From an uncultured bacterium (GTDB lineage Bacteria; B130-G9), in contig CBDVDH010000024.1 in NCBI GenBank assembly GCA_965372715.1, forward strand, positions 1 through 50,689: 50,689 nucleotides of DNA, in the 5' to 3' direction. The notes below the pieces were generated by a model. That model was not told the DNA's origin. It did no database searches and saw nothing but the letters and a program-made list of their open reading frames with translations. The translations under genes were made by a program, and so were the position numbers. This document shows, one piece after another, positions 28,958-39,161 of the stretch (position 1 is the stretch's first letter; each line of letters opens with the position of its first letter).

Positions 28958-30527
28958 GTGGGAAATCGAGCCGCTCCCCGCAAGCGATGAGTTGCAGCTT
29001 GCTGGCCCAGGGCCGAAGGTGACGCTGATCTCTCCGTATGGGGACATATCCTCTTGTGGAATAAGACTGCTCGCCTCGTGCCTCAAGCGGGCGGGCTTCG
29101 ATGTGAGAATGGTCTTTCTGCCTATCTCCAGGCTTGAGGGCCGAGGCGACATACCGTCCGACGTGTATCTATACCCCGAAAAGGTCCTTGAACAGGTCGC
29201 GGAGCAGTGCATTGGCTCACTTCTTATCGGTATCTCGTTCATGAGCAACTACTACGACAGGGTCATACAGCTCTGCCGCTTCCTGCGACAGAACGTCGAT
29301 ATACCAGTGGTTTTGGGCGGCATCCATCCCACACTCCAGCCCGAAGAATGCGCGTCGCTTGCGGACTACTTGTGCATCGGAGAAGGCGAGGAGGCGGTGG
29401 TGGAGCTGGCGCTTAAGCTCGCGCGTGACGATGGCGCAGAAGCGATCAAAAACATCTGGCCCGCAAAGAACGGGACCCTCATCATGGGGCCACTCAGGCC
29501 GCTGATACAGAACCTCGACCTGCTCCCGTTTCAGGATTACGATCTACTCGACGACTACGTGCTCTACGAGGATGAACTGATCAGGATGACGCCCGAACTC
29601 CTACAGTTCTTCCTCCAAGAAAGCCCCGTCAAGACCGTAACAGGAACCGCATACTACATAATGTTGACCAGCCGAGGCTGCGAGTTCAACTGCGCATACT
29701 GCTGCAACACGGCGCTGAAGAAGAAGTATCCCAATCAGCCCTGGCTGAGGTATCGTTCGCCTGAGAGCGTTGTGGACGAGGCCGCGCTCATTAAGGACAA
29801 GATGCCGTTCATAGGCTCGATCTTCTTCTGCGATGACTCGTTCCTCGACCGCGGCGTCTCCGAGATTGACCGGTTCCGCGAGCTCTACAAAGACCGCGCG
29901 GGGCTCCCTTTCTTCTGCCTCGGCACACCATTCGGCATCACCGAAGAGAAAATGGGAATCCTGATTGATGCCGGCCTCCGATACATTCAGATGGGCATCC
30001 AGACCGGGAGCCCTAGAACCGCGAGGCTCTACAAACGCAGCATCTCCAACGAGAAGCTGCTCCAGGTAACCGACGTCCTGCACAAGTTCTCGGACCGGAC
30101 GCTGCCGCCGCGCTACGACGTCATAGTTGACAACCCTCTTGAGACCAGCAAGGACGTGGCCAAGACTGTCAGGTTGCTGTCAAAGATCAAGAGGCCGTAT
30201 TTCATCCAGTACTTCTGCCTGACGCTTCTGCCGGACACGGAGCTCTTGGGGTTGGCCAGAAAGGAAGGTCTGATAACCGACATGATTACCGAGGTCTATC
30301 GCAAACAGCTCTTCTACAAGAGAAAGACCTACCTTAATTGCCTGCTCTTTCTTTTCAACACACCTGTCCCATCGATTCTGTTAAGGTGTCTGGCGGCAGG
30401 GCCGTTCAGGTTCCTTTTTGACAGGCGCTGGTTTGAGTCGATGACTGGCCTCATCGTTCGGCTCAAAAAACGGCTCTTTGGGGCGCCAAGCGAGGACATC
30501 AAGGGACTATTGAGGAAGAGAAAGTGA
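28923..30527 (+). CDS. B12-binding radical SAM protein 2
   Basis: LGGIHPT, IGEGE, SRGCEFNCAYC, DDSF, GIQTGS; start uncertain. Confidence 0.92.
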   Translation: MPRTESPVELAEWEIEPLPASDELQLAGPGPKVTLISPYGDISSCGIRLLASCLKRAGFDVRMVFLPISRLEGRGDIPSDVYLYPEKVLEQVAEQCIGSLLIGISFMSNYYDRVIQLCRFLRQNVDIPVVLGGIHPTLQPEECASLADYLCIGEGEEAVVELALKLARDDGAEAIKNIWPAKNGTLIMGPLRPLIQNLDLLPFQDYDLLDDYVLYEDELIRMTPELLQFFLQESPVKTVTGTAYYIMLTSRGCEFNCAYCCNTALKKKYPNQPWLRYRSPESVVDEAALIKDKMPFIGSIFFCDDSFLDRGVSEIDRFRELYKDRAGLPFFCLGTPFGITEEKMGILIDAGLRYIQMGIQTGSPRTARLYKRSISNEKLLQVTDVLHKFSDRTLPPRYDVIVDNPLETSKDVAKTVRLLSKIKRPYFIQYFCLTLLPDTELLGLARKEGLITDMITEVYRKQLFYKRKTYLNCLLFLFNTPVPSILLRCLAAGPFRFLFDRRWFESMTGLIVRLKKRLFGAPSEDIKGLLRKRK

Positions 30528-30630
30528 GTTGGCAGTTGGCCGTGTGGGGTAGGCTTTCCAGCCTGCCAGGGCACGTTGGCAGTTGGCAGTTGGCAGTTGG
30601 CCGTGTGGGGCAGGCTTTCCAGCCTGCCAG
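30527..30630. repeat. 43-bp direct repeat x2 built from GTTGGCA heptamers plus a REP-like hairpin
   Basis: 30527-30569 vs 30588-30630, one mismatch; hairpin GG(T/C)AGGCTTTCCAGCCTGCC related to 4378. Confidence 0.85.
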
Positions 30631-30667
30631 TGCTCGTCGGTGGTTGCTGATTGGACTCAGTCTATGT

Positions 30668-30716
30668 AGTCCCCTGAAGGGGGATAATGTGAATAGCCGT
30701 AGGTTTCAACCTACGG
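30668..30716. repeat. REP-like double hairpin (CCCCTGAAGGGG...CCGTAGGTTTCAACCTACGG)
   Basis: Two hairpins; same architecture at 50548-50595. Confidence 0.65.
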
Positions 30717-30783
30717 ATCAGGGAACGGGACGTACCTCCCCAATTCACCGGCAGGTGCAGCTTGGGGAGCCGAGGCTCTCCGC

Positions 30784-32292
30784 ATGAAAGTAACGCTCGT
30801 TTCACCTTATCTCGATGTGATAGCGCCCGGCATTCGAGGCATCTCGTCTTTCTTGAAGGCGCAGGGCCACGAGTGTGAGCTGGTCCTTTTGCCCGATTAC
30901 GAGGCGCTACTGAAGGAGAAGCCGCACTTCGAGAGGCGCTACCCGGAGAGCCTCATGGATGATGTTGTCCAGGCGTGTTCACAGTCGCAGATCGTCGGCG
31001 TCTCGGTCATGAGCAATTACTTCGACCGCGCGGTTCAGATCACAAAGGCCCTCAAAAAGGGACTGGACGTTCCGGTCGTCTGGGGCGGCATTCATCCGAC
31101 CGTTATCCCCGACGACTGCTTGAACTTTTGCGACTTCGTTTGCGTCGGCGAGGGCGAGTATCCGATGCTCAACCTTGTACGAGCGATGGAGCGGAATGCG
31201 GACGCCCGCGGCATCAAGGGCCTCTGGTTCAAGGAAAACGGGAGGGTCATAAAGAACGAGCTCGAGCCGCTGATACTCGACCTGGATGGCCTCCCATTTC
31301 AGGATTTCGACTACGAGGACCACCTTACGATCGCAAAGGACGGTAAGCGCCTCGTCCGGATGGACTACGAAATCCAGAAAGACCTCTTCGTGAACGGGCT
31401 GCGGCTCGGCAAAGGGCTGTGTTGCTATCAGACGATGATGACTCGCGGCTGCCCTCACGCCTGCTCATACTGCTGCAACAATGCTTTCAGAAAGCTCTTC
31501 CCCGGTCAGAAGATACTGCGCCGGCGCAGCAATGAGAACGTGATGCAGGAGCTGGAGCGGGTCAAGGAGAGGATGCCTTACATCGAGCTGTTTGCCTTCT
31601 CGGACGACTCGATGACCGCGGTCTCAGAGCAGGTGATGAAGGAGTTTTGCGAGGAATACAAGCGGCGGATAGACATGCCCTTTTTCGTCCTCGTCAGCCC
31701 GCCGACGGTGTCCGAGAAGAAATGCGAATACCTCGTCAATGCCGGGATGCACGCGGTAGAGATGGGGATACAATCGGGCAGCGAGTGCACCAACCGAATG
31801 TATCGCCGGTCCACCTCAAACGAGCAGGTCGTCCTCGCAGCCAACATCCTCAACCAGCACAAGGACAGGATATTCCCGCCTGTCTATGACATAATACTCG
31901 ACAATCCGTACGAGACCCGCGCGGATGTGCTCAAGACCGTCAAGCTGCTCCTTGAGCTACCGCAACCCTACATCATTCAGTTCTTCTCGCTAACGTTCTA
32001 CCCCGGGACCGAGCTGTGGGACAGAGCAACAAAGGACGGCGTCATCAAGGACGCTATCGAGAATGTCTATCGAAAATACTACCACGCGTTCGACAAATCG
32101 TTCCTCAACTTCCTTGTCCTGGCGATCCATAACCACTTCCCCAAGTCCCTCGTGCGGTTGCTGTCCAGCCCCTCTGTCGCGGCGGTCCTCGACAGCAAAC
32201 CTCTTAGGCCGCTCTGGAAGCTCGCCTACAAGCTCCTCGCCGGCGCCAAGCGCATCCTGGGCAAGCTAGTTCGCCTCTTCATCCTACTGTGA
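30784..32292 (+). CDS. B12-binding radical SAM protein 3
   Basis: VWGGIHPT, VGEGE, TRGCPHACSYC, SDDS, GIQSGS. Confidence 0.92.
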   Translation: MKVTLVSPYLDVIAPGIRGISSFLKAQGHECELVLLPDYEALLKEKPHFERRYPESLMDDVVQACSQSQIVGVSVMSNYFDRAVQITKALKKGLDVPVVWGGIHPTVIPDDCLNFCDFVCVGEGEYPMLNLVRAMERNADARGIKGLWFKENGRVIKNELEPLILDLDGLPFQDFDYEDHLTIAKDGKRLVRMDYEIQKDLFVNGLRLGKGLCCYQTMMTRGCPHACSYCCNNAFRKLFPGQKILRRRSNENVMQELERVKERMPYIELFAFSDDSMTAVSEQVMKEFCEEYKRRIDMPFFVLVSPPTVSEKKCEYLVNAGMHAVEMGIQSGSECTNRMYRRSTSNEQVVLAANILNQHKDRIFPPVYDIILDNPYETRADVLKTVKLLLELPQPYIIQFFSLTFYPGTELWDRATKDGVIKDAIENVYRKYYHAFDKSFLNFLVLAIHNHFPKSLVRLLSSPSVAAVLDSKPLRPLWKLAYKLLAGAKRILGKLVRLFILL

Positions 32293-32318
32293 CTGGAAGG
32301 ATGGCCGTGGGCAAAGCG

Positions 32319-34490
32319 CTACTTCATGAAGACGACTGTGGTTCGAGGCTCCGTCAAGAGAGTCTGCGTCCCGGCCTGCATCAAGGCCACGAAGAATGTG
32401 TATTTGCCGCTCGGCAGCTCGTCCCGAACAAGATATTCAAACACCTTTGTTCGAGGCAGGAACAAACCGGATTCGAGGTGTGCGCCTGAGACGAAAGGCG
32501 TCATCTCCGAGACGAAGCCCGTCCCGTCGTAGAACAATAGCACCGAGCCGCCATCTGCCTCAACCAGAACAGCCAGATAGGCGTCAACGTCGGCCTCAAC
32601 GTTGAGCGTGTTTGCTGAGACGAAGAGCTCGAGCACGCGATAGGGCTCTAGCACCCGCGTGTTGGAGGCCACCCTGAAGTCGAGCTCTTTACCGTCGAGC
32701 CAGCAAAGAGCACGCGACATCAGCTTGTCCCTGTCCTCCGTGTTATACACGAGGGACAGAATCGCCGTCGAAAAGACCACGCGGTAGCCGTAATCGCCTG
32801 TATCCGCATAGTGCAAACCGCAGACCTCGTCTTCTTTGTCCTTGACGTTCAGAAAGCCGACGGCGCTGTCCTGAGGCTCGAAATAGCGCTTGGTCGCGCC
32901 CGCTTTGGTGACGTATATCAGCTCCAGCCCGTCGCCCACTGGATCGCCCGAGGCGCCGACCACGACCGGCGCATCAAAATCCGTGGTACTCTCCTCATCA
33001 TACATGAGGTGAAGCCAATCCGGGAAGAATGGGTCTTCGCGGACTGTCCTCGACAAGAGGCGGTGTGCCTCGTAGTAGAGCGAGCCGCCGGACGACAAGA
33101 ACGGCTGTAAGAGGTCAAACACGCCGGCGTCCTCTGTCACAAAGCGCTGGCCCATTGTCCAGAAGACGACGTCGAACGCGTCTAGATACTGCTCATCGGG
33201 CAGGCCTCCGCACTCCCATTCTAACCAGACGTTGTAGTCGAATGCTCCCGATTGGAGACAGTCCTGTAACTCCTCTTCGCCCTGATCGGAGATGTGCATG
33301 ACGCTCGCGGACTCCACAACCAGCAGGACAGAGCCTCGATGTGGAACGGCGTCATCATACGCGGTCTCTCCCTCGTTGCGGGCCGCGTCGTACGCTGAAA
33401 CCGCAACCCGATAGTGGAGCTCCTTCTGCGCAACCGGGATTTACGCCTCAATGACGTTGCCGACGTCAGTCTTTTGGGCGTTTGCGAGCCATTGCTCGTC
33501 CGTGGTTCCCGACTGCCAAAGCCCCGAATAGAGATAGTAGCCAGCAGCGTCGGCCATCGGCAGCGCCTCCCAGGTCACCGTTATCGTGTCATGGGCCTCC
33601 AACGAGACGTTTCCGGGCCTTGCCGGGGGACTCTCGTCCAGCACGTCATACACGTAATCCCATTTGCTTATGGGCAGACCCAGATGATTGCCATAGACGT
33701 CCGCGATCGCGGTAGAGACCTCCAGAGTGTAGGTGCCGTGCGCAAGCAGCGAGTCCGGTATGAACTCCACACGCCTGAGACTGTTGTCATAGTCGTAGGT
33801 TCCCGAGACCGCAGCAGATTGTGGATCCGTGATTCGTATCGTTTCCGCGTTGAGCGTGGACGCCTCCATGGGCGAGTCAAACGTTACAAAGATGTGATCG
33901 TTCCGGGCCTTGACGTTTGATATGTTCTCGATCTGCACCGGCACGTCAACCAGCGCGCGAATCATCGCGTTGCCGCCGTTGCCGCCAGTCCCGGTATACC
34001 TGATCCCGGCCATCGAGTCCCAATCCTTTGTATATACGGTAGTTCCGCCGTCCGGCTCGTACGTGGTTCCAATGCCCGGCTCCGGAGCATTGACGATCTC
34101 AGCAACCACCCAGAACCCCTGAGATTCGACTCTCACCTCGGACGGAACCGCGTAATTGACCCACGAAGCAGGCTCGACTGCGGACACAGTCGCGATCTCG
34201 CAGAGCTCCACCTGGTCAAAGTCCACAATGTGAACCCGAAACTCGGCCGTGGAGTTGACGAACACGGATACCTCACGAACGAAACATGGGAAGCCGGCCG
34301 GCTCGAATTGCACCGCCAGGCCACGTGTCGGGATAGGAACATAGCTGAGCTGCCAGTACCCCGTTATGTCTCGGCGCCCGGCATCGTGCAGAAGCTCCTC
34401 CCTCCCGGCAATACACACGTCAGGTCCAAAGAAGAACACGCCAATCAAAACCACCAGACACAATTGAAAGCTAAACAGCCTCTTGATCAT
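32319..34490 (-). pseudogene. Secreted multidomain protein (Ig-like/Big_5, FN3, C-terminal beta domain) interrupted by in-frame TAA at 33441-33443
   Basis: The two ORF-track ORFs share a frame; read-through gives GNVIEA*IPVAQKELHYRVAVSAYDAARNEG, completing an FN3 domain; ATG 34490 after AAGGAGG; signal peptide. Confidence 0.8.
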
Positions 34491-35068
34491 CACAACAATC
34501 CTCCTTGTTTTTCTTGAACGTTTCAATTCGAGTCCTCCTCTATCTGAACTCGGTTGTCTTGTCTGTGAATAAAGGAAGTAACGACGCACGCTAGGCTTAC
34601 GGGCGGGCCTCGTGCGCGGTGGTAAGCTGCCCCCCCCCCCGACTGAATAGCAGGATCGGAGCCGTAGAGAGGCTGTTAATGAAGATTATGCGACTATTAT
34701 CCTGAGGCGGCGGCGCCGTCGCCCGGTTGGAGCACGATTTCCCAGGCTCCCCCATTTCCTCATCTCCTGGCGCCCGAGATAGCGCCAATTCGCTTCGCAG
34801 ATTATTCGATAACGCCTACGAATAACCCCCAAGACACATATTTGAGCCTCTGTCTAACCTCAAAAAAGAGGTTATCACTCCTAATACTCCACACTTCAAC
34901 GCACTTGTCAAGCGGTTTTTGTGATGAGGAGTTTTCGCATTGGTGAAACGGCCGAAAGGACAGGCTCTGTCCAGCCTGTATTCCGTTGGATCAGGCTCAG
35001 TCGATGCGTGACCAGCCGAGAGTCTTAGAGGGAGTGCCTCTGTCAGTCCGCCACCAAGATGCCGCCTG

Positions 35069-36928
35069 CTACCTTTCGGCCCTCGTTCTGCCGGAAAGGA
35101 GAAGGATATTCCTCATGTCCTGAACGCTGGTGGCCGCGAGCCACTTCAACTCGAAGCCCGTCTCCTGAGCGATTTGGGCGATCGCCATGAGCGCGCGAAG
35201 GTGGTAGTTGCGCTCGTCCCTGGTGCCGACCAGGACGAAAGCTGTGTGGACGTGCGGCTGCTTGTCATAGAACGTGATGCCCTCCCTGCACCGCACCAGA
35301 ACCATGTCAAAAAGGTGATCGCCATCGACGATGATGTGAGGGATGGCGATGCCCGGGCCTACGATGGTGCTCGACTCCCTTTCTCGCTCATGGAGAAGTT
35401 TCTGGAGGCGGGATTCGGGGATGTCGAGGCGAGGCGCGAGAATCCGGGCGACCATGGAGAACATCTCCCGCCCGGTAACTGATCCGTCGATGTCTATGAT
35501 CTCGCAGTCCTTGATCAGTTTGTCAAAACGGTCCACAACGATCTTGTCTCTCTCGTGGACAATGTGTCTGAGCTCGCTCTCGAGGGACCCGTCCACGAGT
35601 TCCTTTGACGTAACGCGTTGGACAAGATGCACGAGCGCCGATTGTCTTCGCTCGCTGACCTTGCAGTAGGCCGCATACCAGCCGGTGGCTAACAGGCAGA
35701 ACACTCCGGTGATGACCATTGGCAGAGGCCCCATCCCGATAATCAGGAAGCCGTAACAGCCGATTGCGGCAATCTGCGCCCAGGGATAGAACGGAGAGCG
35801 AAACACCGGCCGATAGCCCTGTATCTTGCTCTCGCGCATCACGATGACCGACACGTTGACGAGCGCGAAGAGGACGAGCTTCATGGTTGACGCAGTTTTG
35901 ATAAGGTCTTCGAGGGTCAGAAAGGCAATAACCAGGACCATGAATCCTGATGTGCCTATAACAGACATGTAAGGTATTCCGCGACCGGGGCTAAGTTTTT
36001 GAAGGAAGCTGGGCAGCAGGCCGTCTCGGCTCATGGCCATGGGGGATCGGGACGCGCTGGCGATACCGCTATTGGCAGTTGTAGCAAAAGCCAGGATAGC
36101 CGCAATGGCCAACGCTACAACCCCTAGGCGACCCATTGAGACGCTAGCGCCGAGTGAGATAGGCGTCAGGCTCCCAGAAAGCGACTCCGCTGGTACCAGG
36201 CCGACTGTGACGAACACAACCGAGATGTAAAGCGCGCTCACAACGAAGAAGGCTATGAACATTCCGAGTGGGATGTTTCTCCCCGGATTCCGTACCTCCT
36301 CAGCAATACTCGTGATCTTTGTGAGTCCGCCGAAAGATACGAAAACCAGCCCGGCTGTGGCGACAACCGCGCCAAATCCTTTGGGCATGAAATCGGTGAA
36401 ACTCTCGACTCTTACTTCCCCGATTCCTTTGCCGACATATAGAATCAGGAGCGCCAGAAGAACTAGGACGAGGGCTATCTGTGTCCTGCCCACGCTTTCT
36501 ATACTCACCAGGTTCAGGATCGTAAAGATGACACAGAAAGCGATGGCTATCAGTTTGACCTGCAATGAGGTTATGTCGGGATAGACAAGCGCTGCGAATG
36601 CGCCGATTCCAAGAAGCGCAAACGCGCTTTTGAGCGTGAGCGAGAACCAACCTGCAAGACCCGCTAACGTCCCTGCCAGCGGCCCCATACTGCGTTCTAT
36701 GAAGAAGTAGCTCCCTCCGGCCTTTGGCATGGCTGTCGCCAGCTCGGCCTTAGATAACAATGATGGAATCACAAGTACCGAGGCGAGGGCGTACGCCAGA
36801 ATCACAGCCGGCCCGGTTGCCGCAAATGCGATTCCGGGAAGCACGAAGAGGCCGGAGCTGATCATGGCCCCGGCGGCAATGGAGAACACCCCAAGAAGAC
36901 CCAGGTCTCTTCTCAGTTTAGCTGGCAA
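35069..36928 (-). CDS. APC-family permease fused to a C-terminal PTS EIIA(Ntr/Fru-type) domain
   Basis: GAMISSGLFVLPG, ELATAMPKAGGSY, AEEVRNP; C-terminal RERESST.VG.GIAIPH. Confidence 0.9.
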   Translation of the reverse strand: MPAKLRRDLGLLGVFSIAAGAMISSGLFVLPGIAFAATGPAVILAYALASVLVIPSLLSKAELATAMPKAGGSYFFIERSMGPLAGTLAGLAGWFSLTLKSAFALLGIGAFAALVYPDITSLQVKLIAIAFCVIFTILNLVSIESVGRTQIALVLVLLALLILYVGKGIGEVRVESFTDFMPKGFGAVVATAGLVFVSFGGLTKITSIAEEVRNPGRNIPLGMFIAFFVVSALYISVVFVTVGLVPAESLSGSLTPISLGASVSMGRLGVVALAIAAILAFATTANSGIASASRSPMAMSRDGLLPSFLQKLSPGRGIPYMSVIGTSGFMVLVIAFLTLEDLIKTASTMKLVLFALVNVSVIVMRESKIQGYRPVFRSPFYPWAQIAAIGCYGFLIIGMGPLPMVITGVFCLLATGWYAAYCKVSERRQSALVHLVQRVTSKELVDGSLESELRHIVHERDKIVVDRFDKLIKDCEIIDIDGSVTGREMFSMVARILAPRLDIPESRLQKLLHERERESSTIVGPGIAIPHIIVDGDHLFDMVLVRCREGITFYDKQPHVHTAFVLVGTRDERNYHLRALMAIAQIAQETGFELKWLAATSVQDMRNILLLSGRTRAER

Positions 36929-36958
36929 TAACCGCCCTCCCTACGGCATGAGTCGAGC

Positions 36959-38818
36959 TCACTCCTTAGCTCTCCTTCTCTTCGAAAGAAGCATGGCATT
37001 CTTCATCTGCTCAGCACTCGTTGCCTCGAGCCATCTCTGTTCGAAGCCCGGCTCCTGCACGATCTGAGCAATGGCCATGAGCGCGCGAAGATGATAATTG
37101 CGCTCGTCTCTGGAGCCGACGAGTACAAACGCCGTGTGTACGTGCGCAGCCGACGACGAGAATGATATCCCGTCCTTGCAGCGCACCAACACGATGTCAA
37201 AAAGGTGCTCGCCATCGATCACAACGTGTGGTATCGCTATCCCTTCCCCCACTTCCGTGCTGGATTCGTGTTCTCTCTGAAGGAACAGAGAGAGCAGGTC
37301 AGACTCAATGGCGCCAAAGCGAGGCGCAAGTGTGTTCGCTGCCATCGAGAGCATCTCCTTTGATGAAATGGGCCCTTGAATGTCAAGAACCTCGCATTGC
37401 CTGATCAACCCGTCGAAGCGGTCTTGGACGATTTCATCCCGTTCGTGGACGATCTTCCTCAGCTCGCTCTCAAGTGAATCGTCCGCAAGCGTCTTGGATG
37501 TAACCCGCTCGACGAGATGTATAAGAGCAGTCTGTTTTTTTGTGCAGGCTCTGCAATACGTGGCGTACCAGCCCAGACCCATTAAGCCGAATAGGCCCGT
37601 GATGATTACCGGCAAGAGACCCATTTCGTATATCAAGATGCAGTAAATGACAATCGCAAAGCCTTGTATCCAGGGGTACAGCGGCGAGTGAAACACAGGT
37701 CGATAGCTTTGCACGCGACCCTCTCGCATCACTATGACGGCGACATTCACGAGCACGAAAACAACCAGCATCATGGTTGAAGCAGTTTTGACAAGCTCCT
37801 TGATGGAGAGGAACGCAACCACCAGGATCATGAATCCTGACGTGAAAAGAATGGCGGCGTATGGGGCGTGGGTTCGCGATGTGGACTTCTGGAAGAATCG
37901 GGGCAACAGGCCATCACGGCTCATCGCAAACGGCGACCGTGCTGCGCCGGCGATTCCGCTGTTTGCCGTTGTCATGAAGGCGAGAACGGCGGCTATGGCT
38001 ATCATGACGCTCCCTGTCCGGCCCATCACAACGCCCGCGCCGAGTGATATAGGGGTGAGACTGCGTGCCATGTCTTCCGCATCCACAACGCCAACAGTTA
38101 CCAATACGACAACAACGTAAAGGACGCTGACAGCAAAGAAGGCCAGAAACATCCCTAGAGGTATGTTCCTGCCTGGATTCTCTATCTCCTCCGCGACCAT
38201 GGCGATTTTCTTTAGGCCCCCGAACGAAACGACGACTAGTCCGGCCGTGGCCAGCATCGCCTCTCCGCCCTTGGGCATGAAATTGGTGAAGTTGAGTATT
38301 TCCACTTTCCCGATTCCCTTGCCCACGTAAATGCAAAGCAGCGCAAATATGATTATCACGAGGACATTCTGAGCCCTACCCACACCTGCAATGCCTGTGA
38401 GATTGAGAACCGTGAACAAGACACAGAAGCCTATGGCGACGAGCTTGACTTGCCACAGGGACATGTCTGGATAGATCAGCTTGGCGATTGCGCCGATCCC
38501 AAGAAGAGCGAATGCGCTCTTCAGAGCTAACGAGAACCAATTGCCAAGCCCAGTTAGCATTCCTGGCAGCGTCCCGAGGCTGCGCTCAATGAAGAAGTAG
38601 CTGCCACCCGCCTTGGGCATAGCGGTCGCTAGCTCCGCCTTTGAGAACAAGGCGGGGACCATAAGAAGCGAGGCAAGCGCATACGAAAGAATCACAGAGG
38701 GTCCTGTCGCCGCAAACGCAATCGCCGGCAGCACGAACAAGCCGGAACTGATCATACTTCCCGCGCCAATGCAGAAAGTCCCAAGAAGGCCCAGGCTCTT
38801 CTTCAGTTTCGTTGGCAA
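36959..38818 (-). CDS. APC-family permease fused to a PTS EIIA domain (paralog)
   Basis: Same motifs and same 619-aa length; REHESSTEVGEGIAIPH. Confidence 0.9.
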   Translation of the reverse strand: MPTKLKKSLGLLGTFCIGAGSMISSGLFVLPAIAFAATGPSVILSYALASLLMVPALFSKAELATAMPKAGGSYFFIERSLGTLPGMLTGLGNWFSLALKSAFALLGIGAIAKLIYPDMSLWQVKLVAIGFCVLFTVLNLTGIAGVGRAQNVLVIIIFALLCIYVGKGIGKVEILNFTNFMPKGGEAMLATAGLVVVSFGGLKKIAMVAEEIENPGRNIPLGMFLAFFAVSVLYVVVVLVTVGVVDAEDMARSLTPISLGAGVVMGRTGSVMIAIAAVLAFMTTANSGIAGAARSPFAMSRDGLLPRFFQKSTSRTHAPYAAILFTSGFMILVVAFLSIKELVKTASTMMLVVFVLVNVAVIVMREGRVQSYRPVFHSPLYPWIQGFAIVIYCILIYEMGLLPVIITGLFGLMGLGWYATYCRACTKKQTALIHLVERVTSKTLADDSLESELRKIVHERDEIVQDRFDGLIRQCEVLDIQGPISSKEMLSMAANTLAPRFGAIESDLLSLFLQREHESSTEVGEGIAIPHVVIDGEHLFDIVLVRCKDGISFSSSAAHVHTAFVLVGSRDERNYHLRALMAIAQIVQEPGFEQRWLEATSAEQMKNAMLLSKRRRAKE

Positions 38819-39161
38819 GACCTCCGCATATTGCAGGATTAGGCCCAGCGAGATTCGTTCGCGACCATTACCCGGTCAACTCCACTGCAGACCGGTTCGT
38901 GCAGAAGAGACCTCGTTCATCGCAGGGCATAACCATTGGCTAGTAGTGCGTTCCGTTAATAACATAGGATTCAAGCGACTGCGGCCTCATCCAATCTCTC
39001 ACGTCTGCGCATTTGACGCCTCACTATCACGATTCATAATAACCAACGATAAGAATAGCATCAAAATCATTCCATAACCTACGGCATATACGGAACGCTT
39101 TACTAGAATGAGGTGTGGGCGGGCTTTCCGAGGCTGGGTCATAAGTCGAATCTGGGATTGT

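Noticed and set aside
30527-30630. Direct repeats as a mini CRISPR array
   Set aside because: Only two copies, an 18-nt gap made mostly of the same heptamer, and no cas genes
30524-30787. 87-aa ORF overlapping both flanking radical SAM genes by 4 nt, with repeated SWQLAV; possible RiPP precursor
   Set aside because: The repeats are translations of GTTGGCA heptamers and REP hairpins that also occur in non-coding DNA (4378-4470); no leader/core pattern
34920-34965. Hammerhead ribozyme-like GTGATGAG...GAAAC
   Set aside because: Core is not CUGAUGA, stem II does not pair and there is no NUH cleavage triplet
38812-38828. GG-N10-GC sigma54-like motif on the plus strand
   Set aside because: Overlaps the start of a minus-strand gene, has a poor -12 context and no credible downstream gene
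38880-38980. c-di-AMP (ydaO) riboswitch upstream of the APC permeases (minus strand CGCTTGAATCC...GGAAC...CGAACCGGTC)
   Set aside because: Lacks the GGGGGAACC, GGGGUGAAU and CAGCUAAC elements; an Rfam covariance search would settle it
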